Source: Bacteroidia bacterium (GTDB lineage Bacteria; Bacteroidota; Bacteroidia; 2-12-FULL-35-15). Taken from it: a stretch of 64,000 nucleotides of DNA. The stretch is from positions 92,334 through 156,333 of the forward strand of contig JAURXZ010000049.1 of assembly GCA_030654175.1 (NCBI GenBank), read 5' to 3'. The notes under the pieces were generated by a model. That model saw only the letters and a program-made list of their open reading frames with translations. It was not told the DNA's origin and ran no database searches. Every line of letters begins with the position of its first letter. Position 1 is the first letter of the stretch. The translations under genes were made by a program, and so were the position numbers. Positions 38,023-49,286 of this stretch are shown piece after piece.

Positions 38023-39159
38023 TTATGCAGTAACAGCAGCCTTTTTTTCCATCTTTTTAACAGAAGCGATCATTGCTATAAAATCATCAAACAAATAACG
38101 GGAGTCATAAGGGCCTGGGCAAGCTTCGGGATGATGTTGAACAGAAAATACATTTCTGTCGGTATAACGTAAACCTTCAATGGTTTTATCATTCAGGTTT
38201 ATGTGAGTGATCTCCATATTTTTTATTTTAGCAACATCTTCTGCTTTCACACCAAAACCGTGATTTTGCGAAGTGATCTCACATTTCCCTGTTATCAGGT
38301 TTTTCACAGGGTGGTTGATACCACGGTGTCCTTTATGCATTTTAAAAGTTGATATTCCGGATGCTTCAGCAATTAACTGGTGTCCTAAACAAATGCCGAA
38401 TGTAGGAACCGCAGAATTTATTATTTTTTTAATCGTTGCAACTTCCTCTATCATTATACCGGGATCGCCAGGGCCGTTTGAGATCAAAAAGCCATCGGGG
38501 TTCCATTTCATCATTTCTTCAAATGAAGTTTTCATCGGGAATACTTGCACATAACATCCGCGTTCCACCAGGCAACGTATAATATTTTTCTTAACACCAT
38601 AATCGGTAAGTGCTACTTTATAATCAGCAGCCGGATCTCCCATAAAATAAGGTTCCTTAGTACTCACTTTTGAGGATAGTTCCAAACCGATCATGGAAGG
38701 TACTTTTGAAAGTTTTTCCTGCAAAACAGCGATATCCTGCGTTTCGGATGATATAATACAGTTCATAGCACCTTTATCACGGATATAACGAACGATTGCG
38801 CGTGTATCTACATCTGAAATGGCAACTATGTTATCATGCAAAAAATAATCCTTTAAAGAGCCGTTAGATCGTTTTCTCGAATGAAAATCATTAAATTGTT
38901 TGCATATTAAACCTGCAATTTTTATAGAATCAGATTCTACTTCATCATTATTTACACCATAGTTACCAATATGTACATTGGTGGCCACTATTATTTGTCC
39001 AAAATACGAAGGATCAGTGAATATTTCCTGGTAACCGGTCATACCGGTATTAAAGCAAATTTCACCTGTAGCAGTACCAATTTTTCCGGCCGCTTTTCCG
39101 TAAAATACTTTTCCATCTTCAAGTAGTAAGATGGCTGGGGCTTTAGCTGTGTATTTCAT
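38023..39159 (-). CDS. carA: Carbamoyl-phosphate synthase small subunit
   Basis: FNTGMTGYQE, SNGPGDP, GICLGHQ, QHHPEA. Confidence 0.97.
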   Translation of the reverse strand: MKYTAKAPAILLLEDGKVFYGKAAGKIGTATGEICFNTGMTGYQEIFTDPSYFGQIIVATNVHIGNYGVNNDEVESDSIKIAGLICKQFNDFHSRKRSNGSLKDYFLHDNIVAISDVDTRAIVRYIRDKGAMNCIISSETQDIAVLQEKLSKVPSMIGLELSSKVSTKEPYFMGDPAADYKVALTDYGVKKNIIRCLVERGCYVQVFPMKTSFEEMMKWNPDGFLISNGPGDPGIMIEEVATIKKIINSAVPTFGICLGHQLIAEASGISTFKMHKGHRGINHPVKNLITGKCEITSQNHGFGVKAEDVAKIKNMEITHINLNDKTIEGLRYTDRNVFSVQHHPEACPGPYDSRYLFDDFIAMIASVKKMEKKAAVTA

Positions 39160-39217
39160 GTTAAAATATTTTATTCTTCTTCATCTTCTCAGGGAGAAGG
39201 GTGGGAGTGAGGTGCAT

Positions 39218-39253
39218 AAAAAAAGGATAAAGCAAAATTACTTTATCCTTTTT
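39218..39253 (-). terminator. Terminator after rplQ
   Basis: Minus strand AAAAAGGATAAAG...CTTTATCCTTTTTTT. Confidence 0.85.
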
Positions 39254-39278
39254 AAATATAAAAACTTAATTCAAAAAA

Positions 39279-39788
39279 TTATTCACCTTTAGGTTCATCT
39301 GTTGCTTCATCAGTTGCTCCTTTTTCAGAAGTAGCTTTAGGTGCTTTTGCAGTTCCTTCAGTTGTTTTTTTCTTAGTACTACGTCTTGCAGCTTTTGCTT
39401 TTACAGGAGCTTTAGCAACTAACATATTTTCGTTGTAATCAACTAATTCAATAAAGCACATATCAGCTCTATCACCTAAGCGATTACCGGTTTTTAAAAT
39501 TCTGGTGTATCCACCCGGACGATCAGCAATTTTAGCTGCAACATCTTTGAACAACATATCCACAGCTTCTTTGCTTTTTAAATAAGCAAAGACAGTACGT
39601 CTTGAATGTGTAGAATCATCTTTTGATTTAGTTAAAAGTGGTTCAACATATAGTCTTAACGCTTTTGCTTTAGCTACAGTAGTAGAAATGCGTTTGTGAA
39701 GAATAAGTGAGCTAGCCATATTCGCCAACATCGATTTACGATGTGCTGTCTTTCTTCCTAAATTATTTAATTTATCTCCGTGTCTCAT
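39279..39788 (-). CDS. rplQ: 50S ribosomal protein L17
   Basis: [15 protein letters not shown]. Confidence 0.98.
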   Translation of the reverse strand: MRHGDKLNNLGRKTAHRKSMLANMASSLILHKRISTTVAKAKALRLYVEPLLTKSKDDSTHSRRTVFAYLKSKEAVDMLFKDVAAKIADRPGGYTRILKTGNRLGDRADMCFIELVDYNENMLVAKAPVKAKAARRSTKKKTTEGTAKAPKATSEKGATDEATDEPKGE

Positions 39789-39865
39789 TTTATTTTTAGT
39801 ATTAAGATGTTAGATTTTTAGATATTAGATGTTAAACATCCATTATCTAATATCCAAAATCTAAT

Positions 39866-40858
39866 TTATTCTTTATCTAATTTATATTTTGCTAAGTTCA
39901 TTCCAAAGGTTAAACCTTTGTTTGCTACAAGATCTTCTAACTCTGTTAATGATTTTTTACCGAAGTTACGGAATTTTAATAAATCATGTTTAGCGAAAGA
40001 AACTAAATCAGCAAGAGTATCAACATCAGCAGCTTTTAAGCAATTTAATGCACGCACTGAAAGATCCATATCAACTAATTTCGTTTTTAATAACTGACGC
40101 ATGTGTAATGATGTTTCATCAAATTCTTCAGTCGCCATTTTTTCTTCAGTATCCAATGTGATACGCTCGTCAGAGAATAACATAAAGTGGTGAATAAGAA
40201 TTTTAGCTGCTTCTTTTAATGCTTCTTTCGGGTGAATAGAACCATCAGTAACAATGTTCATTATTAGTTTCTCGTAATCTGTTTTTTGTTCAACACGGAA
40301 GTTCTCAATGCTGTACTGAACATTTTTGATTGGAGTGTAAATAGAGTCGATCGGAATTAAACCCAAACTTGCGTTAACCGGCTTGTTCTCTTCTGCAGGA
40401 ACATAACCACGGCCTTTGTCAATTGTTAATTCTAATCTTAATTTTACATTTGGCTCCATGTTACAGATAACAAGATCTGAATTCAAAACCTGGAATCCTG
40501 AAGTAAATTTACCGATATCACCAGCAGTTAACTGAGTTTTACCAGTAACAGTAACAGTTACTTTTTCAAAATCTGTAGTTTCAATTTGCTTTTTAAAACG
40601 AACCTGCTTTAAGTTAAGGATTATTTCTGTTACATCTTCAGTAACACCTTTAAGTGTAGAAAATTCATGATCAACACCTTCAATTTTCATTGTAGTGATT
40701 GCGTGACCTTCAAGTGATGACAATAAAATTCTTCTTAAAGCATTACCTACGGTAATACCATAGCCAGGCTCTAAAGGACGGAATTCAAATTGTCCTTCAG
40801 TTTCACTGGAGTTAATCATAATAACCTTATCAGGTTTTTGAAAAGCTAAAATTGCCAT
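39866..40858 (-). CDS. rpoA: RNA polymerase subunit alpha
   Basis: [37 protein letters not shown]. Confidence 0.99.
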   Translation of the reverse strand: MAILAFQKPDKVIMINSSETEGQFEFRPLEPGYGITVGNALRRILLSSLEGHAITTMKIEGVDHEFSTLKGVTEDVTEIILNLKQVRFKKQIETTDFEKVTVTVTGKTQLTAGDIGKFTSGFQVLNSDLVICNMEPNVKLRLELTIDKGRGYVPAEENKPVNASLGLIPIDSIYTPIKNVQYSIENFRVEQKTDYEKLIMNIVTDGSIHPKEALKEAAKILIHHFMLFSDERITLDTEEKMATEEFDETSLHMRQLLKTKLVDMDLSVRALNCLKAADVDTLADLVSFAKHDLLKFRNFGKKSLTELEDLVANKGLTFGMNLAKYKLDKE

Positions 40859-40953
40859 GTGTGTGTATAGTTATTAGTTTATAGTTAATTGTTAATTGTC
40901 TTGAGCAGGGGAAATTTAAAGTGGAGACTTTCTCCAAACTTCCAACTCAGGGC

Positions 40954-41559
40954 TTATTTAGAGTACAACTCGACAATTAGTTGTTCTTTTATATTTTCTG
41001 GTATTTGAACTCTTTCAGGAATTGAAATAAATTTACCTACCATACTTGTTTTATCAAAATCCATCCAAGGAAACTGATTGCTTGAAGATAATACATTTTT
41101 GCTGATCACTTCTAATGTTTTTGAACGCTCACGTACTCCAACAGCATCACCTGGTTTTAATACATAAGATGCAATGTTTACAACATTACCATTAACTGTG
41201 ATATGACCATGACCAACTAATTGACGCGCACCGCTGCGAGTAGGAGCAATGCCCATACGATAAACAACATTATCCAAACGGGATTCGATCAACTGAAGTA
41301 AAACTTCACCAGTAACACCATGTGCAGTTTGAGCCATCGCGTAAATTTTTGCAAACTGACGCTCTAATATACCATAAGTATATTTTGCTTTTTGTTTTTC
41401 ACGTAACTGTACAGAGTATTCCGATTGCTTAGAACGTTTTTTAGATAAACCATGCATTCCCGGAGGATAATTCTTTTTTTCTAATGCCTTATCAGGACCG
41501 AATATTGGTTCTTTAAACTTTCTTGCAATTTTTGACTTGGGGCCGATGTATCTTGCCAT
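40954..41559 (-). CDS. rpsD: 30S ribosomal protein S4
   Basis: [24 protein letters not shown]. Confidence 0.99.
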   Translation of the reverse strand: MARYIGPKSKIARKFKEPIFGPDKALEKKNYPPGMHGLSKKRSKQSEYSVQLREKQKAKYTYGILERQFAKIYAMAQTAHGVTGEVLLQLIESRLDNVVYRMGIAPTRSGARQLVGHGHITVNGNVVNIASYVLKPGDAVGVRERSKTLEVISKNVLSSSNQFPWMDFDKTSMVGKFISIPERVQIPENIKEQLIVELYSK

Positions 41560-41675
41560 TTTATTTTGTTATTGATTGTTAGTTGTTGGTTGTTAGTTGT
41601 CAGATAAATTTTTGACTTCGAACTTTCAAACTTTGAACTTTCTAACTCTGAACTTTCAAACTTTGAACTATAATA

Positions 41676-42086
41676 TTATACTCTTCTGCGTTTTGGAGGA
41701 CGGCAACCATTGTGTGGAATTGGTGTGATATCCATGATTTCACTTACTTCAATACCTGCACCGGAAATAGTACGTATCGCTGATTCACGACCTGCACCAG
41801 GACCTTTAACAAATACTTTTACTTTTCTTAATCCGGCAGCGTGAGCTACTTTTGCACAATCCGAAGCTGCTAACTGAGCGGCATAAGGTGTGTTCTTTTT
41901 TGAACCACGGAATCCCATTTTACCAGCACTCGACCATGATATCACCTGTCCGGTAATGTTGGTTAAGGAAATAATAATGTTGTTAAATGTAGCGTTGATA
42001 TGAGCTTCCCCAATTGCATCTACTTTTACAACTCTTTTTTTAGCAACTGCTTTAGCTGCAGTTGTTGATTGATTTTGTTTAGCCAT
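41676..42086 (-). CDS. rpsK: 30S ribosomal protein S11
   Basis: [16 protein letters not shown]. Confidence 0.99.
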   Translation of the reverse strand: MAKQNQSTTAAKAVAKKRVVKVDAIGEAHINATFNNIIISLTNITGQVISWSSAGKMGFRGSKKNTPYAAQLAASDCAKVAHAAGLRKVKVFVKGPGAGRESAIRTISGAGIEVSEIMDITPIPHNGCRPPKRRRV

Positions 42087-42167
42087 TTTTTTTTGAGTTT
42101 AAAGCTTAAAGTTTAAAGTTGTTGGTATTAACTTTCCAACTTTGAACTTTCGAACTTTAAATTAATT

Positions 42168-42545
42168 TTATTTCGTTACTTTTTTCTTGTTTGCAACTGT
42201 TTTACGTTTACCTTTTCTGGTACGTGCATTGTTTTTAGTTGTTTGACCACGCACAGGTAAGCCTAAACGGTGACGAATACCTCTGTAAGCACCAATATCC
42301 ATCAAACGTTTGATGTTTAATTGAACTTCAGAACGTAAAGAACCTTCTAATTTGTACTTATCATTAAGGATAGTACGGATAGCAGTTAACTGGTCATCAT
42401 TCCAGTCTTGAACTTTGGTATTCCAATCGATACCAGCTTCAGTTAATACTTTCTGAGCACTGCTACGACCTATTCCGTAAATGTAAGTTAAGCCAATTTC
42501 GCCTCTTTTGTTGTTTGGTAAATCAATACCTGCAATTCTTGCCAT
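42168..42545 (-). CDS. rpsM: 30S ribosomal protein S13
   Basis: MARIAG, YRGIRH..GLPVRGQ. Confidence 0.99.
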   Translation of the reverse strand: MARIAGIDLPNNKRGEIGLTYIYGIGRSSAQKVLTEAGIDWNTKVQDWNDDQLTAIRTILNDKYKLEGSLRSEVQLNIKRLMDIGAYRGIRHRLGLPVRGQTTKNNARTRKGKRKTVANKKKVTK

Positions 42546-42648
42546 TGTTTATTTAGTTTAAAGTTTTTTAGTTTAAAGTTTTAAAGTTTTTAGTTTCAAA
42601 GTTTTGCAACTTTTTAACTTTTAACTTTCTAACTTTTAACCCTATTTA

Positions 42649-42765
42649 TTACCCTTGTCTTTGTTTAAACTTAGGATTTTTTTTGTTGATCACATACAAA
42701 ACGCCATTTCTACGAACTATTTTGCAGTCAACACTTCTTTTTTTGATTGATGTTCTTACTTTCAT
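42649..42765 (-). CDS. rpmJ: 50S ribosomal protein L36 (not in ORF track)
   Basis: Manual translation [38 protein letters not shown]. Confidence 0.97.
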   Translation of the reverse strand: MKVRTSIKKRSVDCKIVRRNGVLYVINKKNPKFKQRQG

Positions 42766-42843
42766 TTTAATTTAGATTTGAGTCCTGAGATTTGAGATTT
42801 GAGATTTCTAACATCTCTTATCTAATATCTCATATCTGTTTTT

Positions 42844-43062
42844 TTATTTGTATCTATATGTTATTCTTCCTTTTGTTAAATCATAAGGCGACATTTCAAT
42901 TTTTACTTTGTCACCGGTTAAAATTTTAATATAATGCATACGCATCTTTCCTGAAATATGCGCTGTAATCACGTGTCCGTTCTCAAGCTCAACGCGAAAC
43001 ATTGCATTCGACAATGCCTCTAAAATAATTCCGTCCTGCTCAATTGACGCTTGTTTAGCCAT
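42844..43062 (-). CDS. infA: Translation initiation factor IF-1
   Basis: [18 protein letters not shown]. Confidence 0.99.
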   Translation of the reverse strand: MAKQASIEQDGIILEALSNAMFRVELENGHVITAHISGKMRMHYIKILTGDKVKIEMSPYDLTKGRITYRYK

Positions 43063-43105
43063 ATATTTTTATTCCATTTAATAATTTAGCCGGTTTGGAA
43101 GTCCG

Positions 43106-43113
43106 CAAAGGTA
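43106..43113 (-). promoter_or_regulatory. Internal -7 promoter element for infA-alpha operon
   Basis: TACCTTTG on the minus strand in the map-infA spacer. Confidence 0.65.
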
Positions 43114-43128
43114 CAAATTCCTAACTAA

Positions 43129-43923
43129 TTACTGTAAATTATTTTTATTTAGTGCTTTTTCTATATAATCGAAGCTCGATAGTATATCAGCTTTATCTTT
43201 TCCAATAGCAATTGTATGCTCAAAATGTGCTGAAGCTAAGTTATCAGCAGTACGTATTGTCCAACCATCTTTTTCCTGGATAATTGCTTTTTTTCCCAAA
43301 TTGATCATTGGTTCAATTGCAATAACTAAACCTTCCTGAAGCTTAAGTCCTGTTCCTTTTTTACCATAATTAGGTACTTCAGGTGCTTCGTGAAGGTTTT
43401 GGCCTATTCCATGTCCAACCAATTCGCGTACTATAGAATAACCATTCTTTTCAGCGTGATATTGAACAGCATCTCCGATATCTCCCAAACGATTGCCAAC
43501 TATTGCCACTTCAATTGCTTTGTAAAGGCTTTCTTTGGTAATCTTTAAAAGATTGAGGATCTCCGGTTTTACTTCACCGATCGCAAAAGTATATGCTGAG
43601 TCGCCAAAATATTTATTTTTAACTACTCCACAGTCTACTGAAACAATATCACCATCTTTTAAAATATAGTTACTTGGTATACCGTGTACTACGTGTGAAT
43701 TTAATGAAATACACAATGTATTCGGAAAACCGCTGTATCCTTTAAAAGCAGGTATTGCGTTGTTATCTTTAATAAACTCTTCAGCAATTTTATCCAAAGA
43801 TAAACTTGTAATTCCGGGTTTAATAATTTTAGCAACCTCTGCTAATGTTTTTCCAACAAGTAAAGAACTTTCTCGTATTAACTCTATTTCCTCTTTAGTC
43901 TTATAAAAAACGCCTTTTGACAC
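43129..43923 (-). CDS. map: Type I methionine aminopeptidase
   Basis: VVHGIP, VSVDCG, GHGIG..LHE, AIEPM, AHFEHT; GTG start. Confidence 0.97.
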   Translation of the reverse strand: MSKGVFYKTKEEIELIRESSLLVGKTLAEVAKIIKPGITSLSLDKIAEEFIKDNNAIPAFKGYSGFPNTLCISLNSHVVHGIPSNYILKDGDIVSVDCGVVKNKYFGDSAYTFAIGEVKPEILNLLKITKESLYKAIEVAIVGNRLGDIGDAVQYHAEKNGYSIVRELVGHGIGQNLHEAPEVPNYGKKGTGLKLQEGLVIAIEPMINLGKKAIIQEKDGWTIRTADNLASAHFEHTIAIGKDKADILSSFDYIEKALNKNNLQ

Positions 43924-44062
43924 TCTTTGATTTGTTGATTTAGTGATTTTATGATCTGGAGATTTGCTTAATTTTAATTCTCCAACTTTTAAATTTCCAA
44001 CTTCCCAACTCTCTAACTTTCTAATTTTCTAACTTTCTAACTTTCTAACTTTCTAACTTTTA

Positions 44063-45403
44063 TTAGGCCGTTGTCATACTCATAGAAGAACGACCTTTTA
44101 TTTTTCCGGTTTTCATTAATCCATCATAATGACGCATTAATAAATGACTTTCAATTTGTTGCAAAGTATCCAATACTACCCCAACTAAAATCAACAATGA
44201 AGTTCCTCCGTAGAATTGTGCAAATTCCTCATTAATGTTTATTTTAACAGCAAATGCAGGTAAAATAGCTATTAGTGCAAGAAAAATAGATCCTGGTAAA
44301 GTAATTCTTGACATTACAAGATCAATAAATTCAGCAGTTTTTTTACCCGGCTTTATTCCCGGTACAAAGCCACCATTACGTTTCATATCTTCCGCCATTT
44401 GGTTTGGATTAACAGTAATGGCAGTATAGAAATAAGTAAAAATAATGATCAAAAGGGCAAATACAAGGTTATACCAAAATCCGTAGTGGTTAGAAAACGT
44501 CCCTACAAATCCGGTTAATGCTTCAGACTGAGAAAAACCAACAATAGTTAATGGGATGAACATGATTGCCTGAGCAAAAATGATCGGCATAACTCCTGCA
44601 GCATTCACTTTTAATGGAATGTACTGACGAACGCCACCGTATTGTTTATTCCCAACTATCTTTTTAGCGAACTGAACCGGTATTTTACGGGTTCCCTGTA
44701 CTAACATAATTGTTCCCATTATTACTAATAATAACAAAACAAGTTCTATTAATAACATGATCAATCCACCACCTTCACCACCTAAACGTGAACCAAATTC
44801 AGAAACAAATGCAAACGGTAAACGAGCGATAATACCGATCATGATGATAATAGAAATACCGTTACCAATACCTTTGTCAGTAATTTTTTCTCCTAACCAC
44901 ATTACAAACATTGTTCCTGTGATCAAAATCAATACCGATTGAATGTACCAGAATGTGCTTGGATCAGAAACAACACCAGCTTTATTTGTAATTTGAGAAG
45001 CAATATATCCAGGTGCCTGTAACATTGTAATTACAACAGTTAAGAACCTTGTGATCTGATTTATTTTTTTACGTCCGCTTTCACCTGACATTTGCAACTT
45101 GCGGAAATAGGGGAGGGCCATACCCAATAACTGAATTACAATTGATGCAGAAATGTAAGGCATAATACCTAAACCAAAAACCGAAGCACGTGAAAACGCA
45201 CCACCTGCAAAAATATTGATTAAGCCAACAATTCCTTCGTTAGCACCTTTGCTAGCTGCAGAAAGTACTTCAGAGTTGACTCCGGGAAGTACAATATATG
45301 AACCCAAACGGTAAATTAAAATAAATCCAAGAGTGTTAAGAATACGCACTCTCAGATCGTCAATTTTCCAGATGTTTTTTAATGTATTTATTAAGTTCTT
45401 CAT
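44063..45403 (-). CDS. secY: Preprotein translocase SecY
   Basis: LGIMPYISASI, WLGEKIT.KGIGNG.S, GGTSLLI. Confidence 0.99.
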   Translation of the reverse strand: MKNLINTLKNIWKIDDLRVRILNTLGFILIYRLGSYIVLPGVNSEVLSAASKGANEGIVGLINIFAGGAFSRASVFGLGIMPYISASIVIQLLGMALPYFRKLQMSGESGRKKINQITRFLTVVITMLQAPGYIASQITNKAGVVSDPSTFWYIQSVLILITGTMFVMWLGEKITDKGIGNGISIIIMIGIIARLPFAFVSEFGSRLGGEGGGLIMLLIELVLLLLVIMGTIMLVQGTRKIPVQFAKKIVGNKQYGGVRQYIPLKVNAAGVMPIIFAQAIMFIPLTIVGFSQSEALTGFVGTFSNHYGFWYNLVFALLIIIFTYFYTAITVNPNQMAEDMKRNGGFVPGIKPGKKTAEFIDLVMSRITLPGSIFLALIAILPAFAVKININEEFAQFYGGTSLLILVGVVLDTLQQIESHLLMRHYDGLMKTGKIKGRSSMSMTTA

Positions 45404-45462
45404 AAAATTTTAAATCCCAAATTCTAAATTCTAACTAATAACTCCCAACTCCTCAGTCAGAA

Positions 45463-45912
45463 CTAAATTTCTACTGCTGTTCCGCCTTGAGCTTCAATAG
45501 CTGATTTTGCAGTTGCAGAAAAAGCATGTACTTTTATTTCAACTTTTGATTTTAACTCACCACGACCTAATACTTTTATCTTGTCGTTCTTATGTGCTAA
45601 TCCTTTTGAAATTAAGAAAGCGATATCAATTGTGCTTAATTTATTTTCTTCAACCAATGATTGAATAATATCTAAATTAATTCCACGATATTCAACACGG
45701 TTAATGTTTTTAAATCCGAATTTAGGAACACGTCTTTGTAATGGCATCTGTCCACCTTCGAAACCTCTTTTTGCTGAGTATCCTGAACGGGACTGAGCAC
45801 CTTTATGTCCTTTTGTTGATGTTCCACCTTTACCCGATCCCTGACCTCTACCTATACGTTTTTTGGCATTTTTAACCGAACCTTCTGCTGGAGTTAATTT
45901 ACTTAAATTCAT
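45463..45912 (-). CDS. rplO: 50S ribosomal protein L15
   Basis: RIGRGQGSG, GFEGGQMP. Confidence 0.99.
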   Translation of the reverse strand: MNLSKLTPAEGSVKNAKKRIGRGQGSGKGGTSTKGHKGAQSRSGYSAKRGFEGGQMPLQRRVPKFGFKNINRVEYRGINLDIIQSLVEENKLSTIDIAFLISKGLAHKNDKIKVLGRGELKSKVEIKVHAFSATAKSAIEAQGGTAVEI

Positions 45913-46003
45913 CTTTTTATATTTTTTAATTATTGATTTGTTGATTTAGTGATCTGAAGATTTAATAATTTTAAATTCTTCATTTCTCCATTTCTCAAAT
46001 TCT

Positions 46004-46180
46004 CTATTTTATAACTGTAATCAAATGTGCAACTTTTGCAATCATTCCATTAATTTGGGCATTAACTTCTTTTTCAATAGTTTGGTTCATTTTTGTAAAA
46101 CCAAGAGCACGTAATGTACGTTTTTGACGTTCAGGACGGTTAATACCACTTTTTGTTTGTTTAATTTTAATTGTTGCCAT
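46004..46180 (-). CDS. rpmD: 50S ribosomal protein L30 (not in ORF track)
   Basis: Manual translation MATIKIKQTKSGINRPERQKRTLRALGFTKMNQTIEKEVNAQINGMIAKVAHLITVIK. Confidence 0.96.
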   Translation of the reverse strand: MATIKIKQTKSGINRPERQKRTLRALGFTKMNQTIEKEVNAQINGMIAKVAHLITVIK

Positions 46181-46266
46181 TTTGTTTTTTAGTTTAAAGT
46201 TTTTTAGTTTAAAGTTTAAAGTCGGCTTTCTTTTCCAACTTTGAACTTTCTAACTTCTAACTTATT

Positions 46267-46785
46267 TTATCCGTTAAATACTTTATCCATTGAAATACCA
46301 CGATGTTGAGCAACAGTTGCTGCATCACGCATTTTCATCAACGCATCCATAGTAGCTTTTACCACGTTGTGAGGGTTTGACGAACCTTTTGATTTTGCCA
46401 ATACATCAGTAACACCAACACTTTCCAATACTGCACGCATTGCACCACCAGCTATAACTCCTGTACCATGAGCAGCAGGCTTTAAGAATACTAATGCACC
46501 ACCAAATTTACCATATTGTTCGTGAGCAACACTTCCTTTAACAAGTGCAACTTTAATCAAATTCTTTTTAGCATCATCAATTCCTTTAGTGATTGCATCA
46601 GTAACTTCTTTAGCTTTACCTAAACCGTAACCTACAATACCTTTTTCGTTTCCAACTACAACAATAGCTGAAAATGTAAAGTTTCTACCACCTTTAGTAA
46701 CTTTAGTTACACGTTGGATGCTAACAAGCTTATCTTTAAGTTCGATGTCGCTTGATTTTACTCTTTTAATGTTTTCGTTTGACAT
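46267..46785 (-). CDS. rpsE: 30S ribosomal protein S5
   Basis: [18 protein letters not shown]. Confidence 0.99.
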   Translation of the reverse strand: MSNENIKRVKSSDIELKDKLVSIQRVTKVTKGGRNFTFSAIVVVGNEKGIVGYGLGKAKEVTDAITKGIDDAKKNLIKVALVKGSVAHEQYGKFGGALVFLKPAAHGTGVIAGGAMRAVLESVGVTDVLAKSKGSSNPHNVVKATMDALMKMRDAATVAQHRGISMDKVFNG

Positions 46786-46865
46786 TCTATTTATTTTTAG
46801 ATTTAGGATTTAGGATTCAGGATATTATCCTATCATCTTCAATCTTTAATTTTTTAATTTAATTA

Positions 46866-47222
46866 TTAAAACTTTAATCCTGCTTCACGAGCACCTTCTG
46901 CCAATGATTTAACACGGCCGTGATATAAGTAACCGTTTCTATCAAAACGAACAGTTGAAATACCTGCTTTTGTAGCTTTTTCAGCGATTGCTTTACCAAC
47001 TAATTTAGCCTGATCAATTTTGTTTCCTTTTGCTTCAGCAATTCCTTTATCTGTTGAAGAAGCTGCAACAAGTGTTTTACCTGTAACATCATCGATCAAC
47101 TGAACATAAATTCCTTTATTGCTTCTAAAAACAGATAATCTTGGATTTCCAGCTTCTCCGTGAACTACTTTACGGATGCGTTGTTTAATTCTGTTTCTTC
47201 TGAATTCTTTTGTAATAGCCAT
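46866..47222 (-). CDS. rplR: 50S ribosomal protein L18
   Basis: [21 protein letters not shown]. Confidence 0.99.
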   Translation of the reverse strand: MAITKEFRRNRIKQRIRKVVHGEAGNPRLSVFRSNKGIYVQLIDDVTGKTLVAASSTDKGIAEAKGNKIDQAKLVGKAIAEKATKAGISTVRFDRNGYLYHGRVKSLAEGAREAGLKF

Positions 47223-47274
47223 TTTATTTATCTTATTGCTATCGGTTTATGCCGATAATTATGAATTCTTTATA

Positions 47275-47829
47275 TTATTTACCTGCTGATTTACCAGCTT
47301 TCTTTCTTAAAATTTCACCGGCAAACTTAATACCTTTTCCTTTATATGGTTCAGGTTTACGTAATGAACGTATTTTTGCAGCAACAGCACCTATCAATTG
47401 TTTATCGGCACACTCCAAAATAATCGTTGGATTTTTACCTTTTTCTGTAGTTGTAGTTACTTTAATTTCAGCTGGCAATTCAAAAGAAATATTGTGAGAA
47501 AAACCTAAAGTTAATTCTAACAACTGACCTTTGTTTGCAGCACGGAAACCAACACCAACAAGTTCTTGTTCGGTTTTGTATCCTTCGCTAACACCTTTAA
47601 CCATTGAAGCTATCAATGCGCGGTATAAACCATGCATTGCTTTGTGGCGTTTTTGTTCAGTAGCACGTTCAACTGTAATTACTCCACCTTCATTTTTGAT
47701 GGTAATAGCAGCATCTAGTTTTTGAGTTAAAGTACCTTTAGCACCTTTAACTGTTACTACATTTTTATCTGAAACATTTACATCTACTCCTTTTGGAAGT
47801 GCGATTGGTAATTTACCTATTCTTGACAT
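47275..47829 (-). CDS. rplF: 50S ribosomal protein L6
   Basis: MSRIGK.PI, PEPYKGKGI. Confidence 0.99.
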   Translation of the reverse strand: MSRIGKLPIALPKGVDVNVSDKNVVTVKGAKGTLTQKLDAAITIKNEGGVITVERATEQKRHKAMHGLYRALIASMVKGVSEGYKTEQELVGVGFRAANKGQLLELTLGFSHNISFELPAEIKVTTTTEKGKNPTIILECADKQLIGAVAAKIRSLRKPEPYKGKGIKFAGEILRKKAGKSAGK

Positions 47830-47912
47830 TTTTCTTTCCTCCTGAATTTACTACGAATTACGAATTTTAACGAATTACGAATCTGTGTGTTGTATTTATG
47901 TTTATTAAAAGA

Positions 47913-48308
47913 TTAATAAACATAGCATAATACTTCACCACCCACTTTTTGAGTTTTCGCTTCTTTATCAGTCATTACACCTTTAGAAGTAGAAATGATG
48001 GCAACACCCAAACCATTTAAAACGCGGGGTAATTTTGTTGACCCTGCATATTGTCTTAAACCCGGAGTACTAATTCTTGTTAAATTTTTAATAGCTGATT
48101 GTTTACTTACCGGATGGTATTTCAAAGCAATTTTAATAACGCCCTGAACGGTTGTAGTCTCGAATTTGTAGCTTAAAATGTAGCCTTTTTCGAAAAGGAT
48201 TTTTGTGATCTCTTTTTTTAGATTGGAAGAAGGGATTTCTACAATTCTGTGGTTTGCTTTAATAGCATTTCTTACTCTTGTAAGGTAATCTGCAATGGTA
48301 TCTGTCAT
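47913..48308 (-). CDS. rpsH: 30S ribosomal protein S8
   Basis: D.IADYLTR.RNA, STPGLRQY, GGEVLC. Confidence 0.99.
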   Translation of the reverse strand: MTDTIADYLTRVRNAIKANHRIVEIPSSNLKKEITKILFEKGYILSYKFETTTVQGVIKIALKYHPVSKQSAIKNLTRISTPGLRQYAGSTKLPRVLNGLGVAIISTSKGVMTDKEAKTQKVGGEVLCYVY

Positions 48309-48384
48309 TTTTTTTGGTTTTATATCTTATCCCGCACGCAGGATAATTATATATTAATACTCTTTTTATTTCAATTTGGTAAAA

Positions 48385-48654
48385 CTACCAGCTTGATTTC
48401 GTGATGCCCGGGATCAAACCATCCAAAGCCATTTCGCGAAATGAATTTCTGGAAAGTCCAAACTGGCGCATGTAGCCTCTTGGACGACCGGTTAATTTAC
48501 AACGGTTACGTTGACGACCCGGAGAAGATGCTCTAGGAAGTTTTTGTAATCCAACTGAATCACCTGCTGCTTTTAAAGCAGCTCTTCTGTCAGCGTATAG
48601 GTCAGCAAGTCTTTTTCTTTTAACTTCTCTTGCCTTCATTGATTCTTTTGCCAT
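48385..48654 (-). CDS. rpsN: 30S ribosomal protein S14
   Basis: [20 protein letters not shown]. Confidence 0.99.
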   Translation of the reverse strand: MAKESMKAREVKRKRLADLYADRRAALKAAGDSVGLQKLPRASSPGRQRNRCKLTGRPRGYMRQFGLSRNSFREMALDGLIPGITKSSW

Positions 48655-48728
48655 CTTTTTCTTATTTAGAATTTAGGATTTTTGATTTAGGATTTTTAAT
48701 TCCTGAATCCATAAATCCTTAATATTTT

Positions 48729-49286
48729 TTATTTCTTCTGATTCTTAAAAGGTAATCCAAATTCGCTTAACAAAGCTAATGCTTCATCATCGCTACCTGC
48801 AGTAGTTACGAATGTAATGTCCATACCCATTATTTTATTTACTTTGTCAATATCAATTTCAGGGAAAATGATTTGCTCAGTAACACCTAATGTATAGTTT
48901 CCACTTCCGTCAAATCCTTTTTCATTGATTCCTCTAAAATCACGAATCCGGGGCAAAGCTACGGAAATTAATCGATCTAAAAACTCATACATCATATCTC
49001 CACGTAAAGTAACTCTAACTCCGATAGGAACTCCTTTACGAAGTTTGAAGTTAGAAATGTCTTTTTTAGAGATAGTTGCAACTGCCTTTTGCCCACTGAT
49101 AGTGGTCATTTCCTTGATTGCACCTTCTATTAATTTTTTGTCAGAAACAGCCTCACCAACTCCTTGGTTAAGGCATATTTTTGTTATTTTTGGTACCTGC
49201 ATTGAACTGCTATAACCAAATTTTTTCTGTAAAGCAGGTACTACATCTGCTTTATACTTGTCTTTTAAGCGTGGTGAATAAGCCAT
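48729..49286 (-). CDS. rplE: 50S ribosomal protein L5
   Basis: [17 protein letters not shown]. Confidence 0.99.
   Translation of the reverse strand: MAYSPRLKDKYKADVVPALQKKFGYSSSMQVPKITKICLNQGVGEAVSDKKLIEGAIKEMTTISGQKAVATISKKDISNFKLRKGVPIGVRVTLRGDMMYEFLDRLISVALPRIRDFRGINEKGFDGSGNYTLGVTEQIIFPEIDIDKVNKIMGMDITFVTTAGSDDEALALLSEFGLPFKNQKK

Noticed and set aside
42649-48654. Zinc-ribbon-less L36 and S14
   Set aside because: Usual in-operon forms in this phylum; not evidence of zinc-starvation paralogs
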